Position numbers and translations under genes: made by a program
Shown here: piece by piece, positions 50,201 to 60,300 of the stretch
How the letters are laid out: every line of letters begins with the position of its first letter
Position numbering within the stretch: position 1 is the first letter of the stretch
From: Amoebophrya sp. A120
Lineage: Eukaryota; Protista; Dinoflagellata
Length of the DNA stretch: 64,000 nt
Reading direction: 5' to 3'
Assembly (NCBI GenBank): GCA_905178155.1
Contig: CAJINV010000004.1
Span: 9,710,625 to 9,774,624, forward strand
Notes under the pieces: model-generated
Databases searched by the model: none
What the model was told of the DNA's origin: nothing
Seen by the model: only the letters and a program-made list of their open reading frames with translations

Positions 50201-53200
50201 TGCAGAGATACGATAAGTTTAATGACATTGCGCGGGTGGACACAAAAAAACTACGAGCAGTAGAGAAGCTCCGAAGTGTAGTCGCCGGTCCTGCTTCACC
50301 ATGTGGGAGTTGTGACAACAATATGGATGATCATGTTGCAGTTGCCGGCTCAGGCTTATCTTCTGCTGCAGCTGGCTCCTCTTCGACGTCGAATATATCG
50401 CCGCGGGGCGGGGTTGACATGTTTCAGCCTGGGAAATTGTTTGAAAAGGTGAAGCTGCAGGAAAACGCCACTCTCAAATTCGAGAACAAGGGGCTCGTGG
50501 TCGGGGACGTTCAACATCTTGACAACGAAATAGATTGCAAGGACAACAACAGCACTTCTACCCAAGAAGACCCTCCGCACGACACCGTTATTACGCCGCA
50601 GCGGAAGCAACTTCAGCTCATGATGCCGGGGTTCGATACCGCAGAGAGCTCTTTTGTTTCATCTAGTACCGGCGCAGGGGGAGATACAACTGATACAACT
50701 GACTTGTTGTTCCCTAACTACGTAACCGGGAAGAATATGAAACACACTACATGCAGCACCGCGACTGAGGCCGACGTGACGCCCAGCATTGTCGCCGGGC
50801 GGGTGAGCGTTTCCGAGATCGACGAAATCGACCGAAGAAGAGCGCACCAGAAGGGCTTTAGCAGCGAACACCCGCTCGTGATTCTGGATCGCGAGGAGGC
50901 CGCGCGCAGAAACGCGGCGTTGCCGACCGGCGGCATGATTGACCCGACCCGTGACTTGCCGTTTGCATTCAGTCCGCACGGGAGAACGAGGGCTGATCAA
51001 GTCGACCAGCAGCAGCAGCAGCCGGGTGCTGGCACTGTTCCTTCTTCGCTGGAAAGCAGCTCCTCATTATTTCGGGGCAACAATGTGGAGAATCCGTTCG
51101 CGAATTTGATGATCAAAACCACTTTTGGCGGTGGGAACAAGACGAAGACTCCTGACGCAGTTGATGTCCGAGCTGCTTCTACTACAGTTGTTCTCTCGCA
51201 TCAAACCACGAGTAAAAATAGTACTGCGATAGAAGCGCTTGCTGGAGCTACCCCTGCTTCTGAGGACACGACCAGCACTAATCAAGTAGACAAGCGGCTC
51301 GAAAGTTACAATAGCACAGGCACAGCAAGCTCCGTTATAGGCGCTCCGGTAGGTGGAGTTGTTGGTTCTGCTGCGTTCGTCCCTCGTGTACTTTCTTCCC
51401 CGCTGGCCGGCGTTACTCCAGTGCATGAACAAGTAGAAGATGCAGAGTCGCATGACGAGGCGCAACAACAGCACGTAGAGTCGCCGCTACACCAGACGAG
51501 AACCGACCTAGGGGTCATAAGATCAGTTGGAAATTATAACACCAAGAACAGCCCAGAACAAGAAGTTCAGAACATCAACAACAACCCCAGAACCTCCAAC
51601 CGTCGGTCAACCTTTTCGTCCTCCGACGACATCCCCTGCCTACCCCGGACCAGCGACACGACGGGTAGCAAGGTGAATTCCCCCAGTTGGGCTATCACGA
51701 CCGCGGAGATCCTCGGCGTGGACGTGGCGACAGACATTGGGCTGCAATCAGATTACACCGATGACGGGTTTTCGCCGGGGGAAAAAGCGGCGTTGCAGGT
51801 TTTGGTGCTGGAGAAGGGCGGCTTAGCGGCAATCACCGAAGATCAGGCGCTACCCGACGATTTGCCCGTGCACATGACTTATCAACTGCAAAAATGTCTG
51901 GGTCTGGAAGATTGCAACTTGTCATGCTAAATCTGAAGCATGCAAAAATCTGTGTTGCATGATTACCAAAAGTCGTCCAGTTTTAACCAAGTCGGGAGGG
52001 AGTTTCTCATGCAGGATAGGCATGAGAGAGATCGCATAGAATCTGTCATGCTAGGTCCTGCATTCCAGACCTCATGGGTCATGGAAAAGCTGCGTGACAA
52101 ATCGCGCATTCTTCCAGACCCAGACTCTTTTACATTTGATATGACAACCAGCCCGGCGATTCCACCGTTTAACCCGAAGATGAACAATATGACTGCCCTG
52201 CAGCCTGGATCATTATCTTGGACAGGTCGTGGTGCAGCCAACAAGGATTTCGATGGTGCTGCTGGCAATATCGAAACTACCTTCAACATTCCGAATGCCT
52301 TGATAGAACGAGAGCATCAACGGGAAGTAGAGCACCACATGCTAATCGAAGAGCAAGCTTTTATAGAAGACCCGCTCTTTCATCTTACAAATACAAGTCC
52401 GCCGCCGGGTGATCTTCAGATGCTCCACATGATGTCCTCACCATCCTCCCCACCGTCGCTCGCTCTATTGTCCAAAACTCCGAGCGAGCAGGCACGGGAC
52501 GCACACTTACGGGAATTTTTAGCGCGGAACCCGCACGAGCACGAACTGGCCAGACGTCAGCGTACGGACTCGCAGCAGGACCAAACAATTGCCGAAACAG
52601 GTCGGATCGCCGACTTGCCTGGGGGTGGAGCAGGAGCAGGGAACAATAAGGATGAGGATGAATTTTCTGGTCACCACGAAATAAACAGTGGCACGCAACA
52701 ACTTCCGGGGCAGCAGACGAGTGGGAACATGCAACTTCTGGACCCCAGAGTTGCCCTGGGAACGACAAGTCGAGGCGCTCCTATTTCATTTCCGGGTCAA
52801 GATGACGCACCCAAGGATCATGCGCAGGAGCAGGTGGACCGCAAGAACAGCAGCAACATGCTGTCTAGAACTTCTTCTGGGCCGCACAATGTTCATGATC
52901 AGCAGCAGCATCACAGCACGTTCATTTCACATCCCTCCACCACCATCCACTACCCTTCCCTGGCGTCGACGGAACGCGGGGGAGGTAATAATTTGTTGCA
53001 AAAGACGAAGTCGAACTTGTCCGTTGACAGCTACTCCGACGCAGAGACGATTGTGCCCGGACAAGAAGGTCCAAGCTCCGGGGGAATATTAAACAACAAC
53101 GATTATTCCAACGTGAATTACCACCTGCAAAGTGTCGACGAACTGGTGGAGCGCGCGACTGGGCAGGCACTGTCTCCGCATAGCAGCTCTCGTCCTGGGA

Positions 53201-55690
53201 GCCGGGAAGCCTCGCAGATCAGTGCTGCAACAGCTGGGGGAAATAAAGGGAAAGACCTACCATTAGCTGGCGCAAATAAAGGACAACAGATGACATCACG
53301 AGATGCAGCCAAGACCAAGAGCAAAGACGATTTACTTCTACTCGGCAGTACTTCTGAGGGTGCCGTAGTAGAGCAGTTGAAGCACGACGAGAGCCAGCAC
53401 GCGATATTCAAGGAAGAGCAAGACGATGTCGACAATGTCCTCGCCACGGGCACGGTTAATTACTGGGGCACGCTACTGGGTCCGAGTTCGGAGATGGTCC
53501 GGCAGGCACGGTTTGTAGGACAGAACAAGCCGCTGCAGGATTTTTTGTTGGAAATTGAGCAAGAGAAAGAACAGATGTTGGTGAAATCCAAATCACATGA
53601 CGAGAATTTTGCTGGTGTAGCTGATCTTCAGGGCGAGCATTTACACGCTACGCCGAGCAGAAGTCCTAGTGCCAGCCCGGCAGTTCCTGTAGTTCCACCC
53701 TTGAATCAAAGCCAAATGAAACTGCTGCCCCGGACCGTTTCCACGCAGAGCAACACTACGGCTGCTGGTGGTGATATGGATGTGTCAGAGTTGAAATCGA
53801 CAGAGTTGAAATAACTTGTAATGCATGAAATCGATACCAGTCGGAAACCCAATTTCCAAGCGGCGCATGACAAATTTGAGTAGAGCCGAAATCCAGTTTG
53901 TCATGCTCTTCGGGTGAGACAGATGCCTTTTGTCATGCTACTTTAGCAGCTCTATTTCTACCCCGAAACAGGCTTACAATCTGCCTCCTGTGCCTACTCT
54001 GCAAGACAGGCATTTTCTTTGGTGCATTTTATGCATGACAAACTATTTCAACTTTGACGATTTCAAACCTGACGCTTCCATAGGTGACCTGCACCAAACT
54101 GCCCTCCAACGCCAAGTGTCTGGCCTGGAACTGATGCTTGGAACTTCTATCAAATGTAAAAATGTCTGGGTCTGGAAGAGTGCGCGATTTCTCATGCAGC
54201 TTTTCCATGACCCACGAGGTCTGGAATGCAGGACCTAGCATGACAGATTCTGCGCGATCTCTCTCATGCCTATCCTGCATGAGAAACTCCCTTCCGACTT
54301 GGTCAAAACTCGACGATTTTTGGTAATCATGCAACACAGATTTTTGCATGCTTCAGATCTAGCATGACAAGTTGCATTCTTCCAGACCCAGACATTTTTA
54401 CATTTGATAACTTCTACACAAGGACAAGATCACCGACTACAGCACAACGTCTATGGTTCCACCTCATCACTATCCGCTCTGTACCAGCATATCCCGGTTG
54501 CGGCGCCATCCAGTGCAGGAGCAGCTGGCGCAGCTCATCTTGGCGATCACAGTTACAACCCCTATGATTTTTCCCTGTCTCCGGGTGCTTTCGGACCACC
54601 AGCCGCGACGGTTATTCCAGCGAACCTGAACATCGGTGACCCCTACCCGACGGACTTCACCAGCATGCCACTGTCCCCGACGGCCATTCTGGCTTACCAA
54701 AGACAGAAATTTATTGGAGGTTCCTCCCAACACTCCGTTTCCGGAGAAAGTTTGAATAGCTTCGGCCGGTCCACGCAGGTGCGGGGCGGGGTGACCACAG
54801 GAGCAGCTTCTTCCGTCGGAGGGGGAACTGCTCCTGGCCCACCTTTTGCTGGTTTGGTCCGCGCAGGGACAGCAGGAGCATCGAAAGGAGCTCTCTCGGA
54901 TGCAGGCATGACAAACTACACCGGTTACACTGGAGGTTTGCAGTACAACCCGGCCGCAGCACGCGAATCCCAAGTCACTACTCCGAGATACACCTATGCG
55001 GGCTTGTCGGACCAGATCAACAGCGTGGGTCCGCATTTTGGCACGGAGCTTTCGCACCTGCAAAGTAGAGCCTTTTCCACGGAGGTCCATTTGGGAGGAG
55101 GTGGGCAACATCTTGCAGGTACTACAGGAGCAGCTCCTGGTGGCGGTGCTGCTAAAACGAGCACGACATCGCAAGTTGCTGCAGTAGAGCCGGTCGCCCG
55201 GCATATTGACCGGCAGCGGTTTGTGGTGATGGGCATCGAGGACTTGCCCAACTTCGACGGCATTTCCAAGGGCTACCCGCTGCAATTTCACAACTGCGAG
55301 GAGTTGCTGATCCAGAAGATCCAGCGGCTGATGGACGCGCATCCGGACATCGACTGCTTTCTGGTCGAGTGCACGCAGTTGCCAATGTTTTCGGATTCCC
55401 TGCGGGCGTTGTTCCAAAAACCGGTGTACGACATCACTTCCGCGGCACACATGATGATGCTGGGCTTCCAAACCACGCCGAAATGTGACGACGAGCTGTA
55501 CAAAATTGAGGACGCGCAGCCGTACTGCTTCGGGATGGAACTGGGCGCGAAAGACCGGAGGAAGTGCCTGGAATTGCAACGGTTTCGCGATTTGTTCGAC
55601 GAGGCCGGGATTCCGCTCGATAAAGATGCTGAAAGTGGTGATGAAGCGGAGAACGAAACAAGGAGGGACGACAGTCGAGCAGGCTTCTAG
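41285..55690 (+). CDS. Giant (~4,306 aa) protein with two split Alma-family (DMSP lyase / Asp-Glu racemase superfamily)-like domains in low-complexity sequence; 5 introners
   Basis: ORFs 41285, 46156, 51940 and 54404 join after excision; motifs LGCLRLD..AGDVADP..RVVPGLTFEMCRSG..ITGDCGFMMFFQ..KPVCMSSL..IAILTAN and FLVECTQLPMFSDSLRALFQKPVYD; degenerate first copy ISGEDGLM..KPCCMSPL..FVECAEM..GVPVWD. Confidence 0.8.
45482..45787. mobile_element. Introner, family A-like (TIR TATCACAGTGAAAAATGCCCC)
   Basis: DR CGTTG. Confidence 0.9.
45833..46154. mobile_element. Introner family A (reverse orientation)
   Basis: DR AATGA. Confidence 0.9.
51880..52141. mobile_element. Introner family D
   Basis: DR TGACT/TGACA. 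Confidence 0.9.
53775..54082. mobile_element. Introner family F (reverse orientation)
   Basis: DR GGTGA. Confidence 0.9.
54148..54409. mobile_element. Introner family D, near reverse complement of 51880-52141
   Basis: DR ACTTC. Confidence 0.92.
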
Positions 55691-57316
55691 CTGTATTTTT
55701 TGTATTAACAACAACACGATAAAAACTGGGATTAGAACAGGAACCGGAAGAAGCTATAGCATGTCGCTTATTTTCTGTTGAACAAATGGAGACACGGCAG
55801 CTAGAGAAGTTAGTAGATGACAGGAGTTGTAGTGAACGGAACTAGTATTTTGAAACGACTAGTACATCAAGGACAAAGTCTACTTCCAGTATTAAAAGTA
55901 AAAGCTTACGAGTATTTTAGACCAAGAGGCCTTATTGAAGACAGCGGACGAGGCATGCAAGTTCATTTTGAAATCGAGGACACAAGTCCCCTGCAGCTTA
56001 CGCAAAAACAGCTTCTGCCTTGCGCCAAAGCGCTAGATGTGATTGATGAACATGGAAGATAGCAGTAGAAGACAGAGGTATTGACGAGCGAGCTTTTATT
56101 TTGGATCACTGCAAGTAGCGACCACAAGAAATCTACTTCTGTACCACGGCACCAAAGTAGAACCACGCTAAGCGACAAGTAAAAATGTACCCAGCGACAA
56201 CCTTTTCATCTCTGTATAGTGAAAATCGAAAACAAAGACATGCTCCGTGGAGAGTATGGAAGTGAAAAATGTTTCGTGTCCCGATGCTGATAGCTAGTGT
56301 GCTGGACGAAAAGAAATTATACATCTGAAAACAGCAACTTCATCAGAAAAGTTCTGACGATGAAAAAAAGCCTACCACATCGCACTTATCGCAGTAGAAG
56401 AGATGAACAAGCGAACAAGTTAGAAAAGTAGTATTTGTACGAAACCTCCGAGATGAACATAAACGTAGCTGTACCCAATTTAGTACGAACAAAGATTAGG
56501 AGAAGGAGTATCTGGATTCTGGTGTCCCCCACTGGAAGATGAGTCACTACATTTTTCTTCCACATGCTCTACAGAATTTTCACTACCTCATTTGACAAAG
56601 AGTACCAGTCCCTGTTCAGCAGGTTCGATGCGTTTGCAGCGACCTCCTACCCGCCTACAAACCTAGAATGATGTTCTTACCCGTCGTTATGCAGGTTCAT
56701 CGTTATTCTTTCTGTATTGCATGTTGAGGACAGTGGATACTGAAGCACAGCAATATTCATGTAACAACGGTAGCTAGCGGCCAAACCGCAGCGAATACAT
56801 TATCTGATGTATCTTTTGATGTCTGACTGATAGACCGAGAGTAATTGGTTGTACGTCAAAATGTCACCTCGATTTTGCTTCATCTGCACGACGTCGCACT
56901 ACGTTGCAATCGTTTCACGTGGAGAGAGGGTCGTCGTTTAATGGAAGTTTCTCGTTGTTAGCTGAAAATCAAATAAAGCGACAACGGGTGCGCCGGGCGC
57001 AACCGTTGTCGCCTCCGTCGAGATTGGATCAAGCTTGAGCGTCGTCGCTGCTGTAAGAACGAAGTTGTTGCAAGTCGAAATTCGTCTTCATCATAAACCC
57101 AGCAATCCCAATCAGGAAGGAAATCGCTTTTTTTTTTTCTTGGGGGTAAACGAAAGAAAAGCAAAACAACAAAACGATATAAACCAAAATCGAGCAGCTA
57201 GTAGTAGCTCTCTAACTTCTAAACAAAGAACTGAGAGGCGAAAACTTTTTTCGCTGAAAAACAATCTTGAAAAGAAGGACGAGTTCTGTTCATCTACTTT
57301 TTGACACAAAAATAGA

Positions 57317-60300
57317 ATGGAGCATCATCTCCGGGAAGTGGCCATGCGTTCCAACACGCGGTCGTTTTCTATGGCGTTCTCAAACGTTACATTCTCAACT
57401 GTTACACGATTTGTCATGCAAAATGAGCATCAAGCTCCGCACGGTGAAGCTAGTTCGCATGACAAATTTTGGAATAGCTAAACACCATGGATATCTGTGC
57501 CAAATTTGTAATGCAAGAGTTGCAAGCTCCGGCCTTTCCCTTTTGCCATTCCAGCATCACAAATTCATGTAACAGTTGAGAATGTAACAGTTGAGGACGC
57601 CATATTTTCCGCCGTCGCGGGCAAGCGGGCGTGGAGCGATCCGCAGACACACTGGGCCGCCGCGACCAAGCGCCCGACCACACCTTCGTACCGGACCGCG
57701 CGCATGGGCGGCTACAACACGAATCACGACGGGACCGCCCGACCGGGCACCAGTCACGGCACCGGCACCGCGCACCAGAACGCGACGCATCACGGTGGGT
57801 ACACGACCACCACGTCTGGCGGGCATTCCAACCCGACCGGGTTGCCCAGTGGACGAGCCAGTTCTTCCGGCGCGAATCACGCGGGGGCTGGTTCCCATGC
57901 GGGCGCTGCTGGTGCTGCCGCTGCGCACCAGACAAACGATAAAATCGCCAACCACCGGGTTCTGCATTTGCTCTCCAAGCGTCCGCACTCGGCCTTTAAC
58001 ACGAACCGGAAGCGCGCGGTGCGACCCGTGGCGGTAGGCGGGGAGACCACGGCGCACGGAGGTCATCATCACGGCGCGCAGCACCACGAGCGGAAAGTGC
58101 GGGAGCGACCGAAAAGTGGCGACAATTACCACCACCGGACTTTTCACCACGCGATGAACGCGACGGTGCCGGCCGATGCGACCTATGCCATGAACCAAGG
58201 AGCTGGTGCTACTGGCGTCACTGGCACTGTATCAACTGCAAATATGTCTGGGTCCGGGAAGTTTGGACTTGTAATGCTGGTCTTGCATCCCTATGGAATC
58301 TGTATTGCATGATCAACAAAAGTTGCAGCCTCTTTGTCTTTTGTCATACAAAAACGCAGCTTCTCGTGCGGGCTGTGCATGACAAAGCGTTATGGGAATA
58401 AGTTGTCATGCTTGGCTGCAGTCGGCAGTGTTTCCATCATCCATATTTTCGCATCACAAGTTTCCAGACGAGACGTCCAGGGATATTTGCATTTGATACA
58501 CCGCCGCGTTGAATAACAACACGGACAACGTGATTTCCACGGCTATGGACTACCGCCGGTACATGGACGAGAGACGCCGGATCCAGGCGGAAAAACGGCA
58601 CCGGTTGAACAACCTGCACCAAACGGAGCACTTCCACGCGGCTGGGGCGGGTGCTGCGGTGGCCAAGATGAACCACATGAACCATACTGCAGGGGGGGAA
58701 ACTATGGAAGCGTCAGGTTTGAAATCGACAAAGTTGAAATGATTTGTCATGCATAAGATGGATACCAGTTGGAAACCCAATTTCCAAGCGGCGCATGACA
58801 AATTTTCCGAGCACTGGAATTCAATTTGTCATGCTGTTTGGGCACAGACGACCGCTTTTGTCATGCTCCTTTAGCAGCTCTACTTCAAACCCTAAACAGG
58901 CTGACACTCGGCCTCACTTGCCATCCCGGCAAGACAGACACTCCACGCCTTGCATTTTATGCATGGCAAATCATTTCCGTGAGCGCAATGAGTTGGTACG
59001 TTGGCGAACGTTAAACGTACTCTGTTGGCAATAAGTTGGTTTGTTGGCGAAAAGTAAGGTTTGTTGGCGAACAATAAACGCATCCGTTGGCGCAATGTAA
59101 GGATCGTTGGCGAACGTTAAACGTACTCAGTGGGCGAAAAGTTGGACTTGTTGGCGAAAAGTATGGTTTGTTGGCGCAAAGTAAGGATCGTTGGCGAACG
59201 CTAAACGCATGTTGGCGAAGTGAGGACTGTGTGCGAAAGTAAGGAAAAGTTGGCGTAAGTGGGATCATGTGCCCGAGGATGATGGTGATGGCTTCGGTCC
59301 GCCTGACTCCACGACCTGGTGGCCGAACCATCTGCGGTGAGGTGCCCTTGCAGGTTGTGTAGTGGTTTCGGTCGGTTTAGCATGGCAAATCATTTCAACT
59401 TTGACGATATCAAACCTGACGCTTCCATAGAAACCTCGTTCGGGGGCGCGACCGCCTCTTCTCGGCCGGGGACCGCCGGGGCGAGCGGCAATGCAACCGC
59501 GAGTTCCGCGTCGAAGACGGCGGCTTTCCAGCAGCAGAGAGCGAATTCCAGTTCCGCGACGGAGGAGGACGTCGACGGGGTGTCTACGAGATCCGGCACC
59601 GTACACATGGGCAAGACCGCGTCGACATCGCTAGCGTCCTTGACGAACCTCCGGGACCAGATTTCGAACTCGAATCAGAACGCGCTCTCCACCTCTTTAA
59701 AGCACCAAAATGTCGTTCTTGGAGGTACTGCTACTGCTGACGCGGCAAGCCGGCCCAATACCGCCGGCGGGGCAGGAGGTTCTACACCGACAGGGTCGGG
59801 GGCTACGGGCACTACCGCGTTGCCATTTACCACAAATTTGGCGAGCTCTTCTTCGTCTTCCATGAACCAAGCGGGCTCCAGGACTGGTACAGGCTTGGTG
59901 GATAACGCCGCGATGGACCACCAAAACAAATCTTCCGGTAATGGTGCCCAGCAAACCACCACCGCGCAACAAGCCACCGACAGCACGGGATCCGTCCCGC
60001 CTCTCGGCTCCGGCGGACAGGGAGCGGGCGCACAGTCGAAGCAGACGCGGCAGTACGGTGAGCCGATCACGCTGCGGGCCCCGACGGGCACGTCCGGGGG
60101 TGGGCCAGCACAGTTGGACACCGGAATGGCGGCGCGGCCCACGACTGCACCCTCCGGTGCGACGAAACCCGGGAAACAGGCGGACGCGCAGGCCGCAGAG
60201 CAGCAGCAAAACCGGCAGCACGAATCCTGGCACCAGGACGACGAGCAGGGGACTTTTGGGGGCGCGCTCGCGAACATTAACACCTCTACGACGATTCACG

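Noticed and set aside
51940-52141. Recurrent peptides (MQKSVLHD..., SNAKMSGSG, YPVQKYRTR) suggesting a repeated protein domain
   Set aside because: Read-through translations of introner DNA, found in varying frames and strands
54470-55717. Long minus-strand ORFs (also 59697-60560, 47040-47762)
   Set aside because: Antisense shadows of well-supported + strand exons
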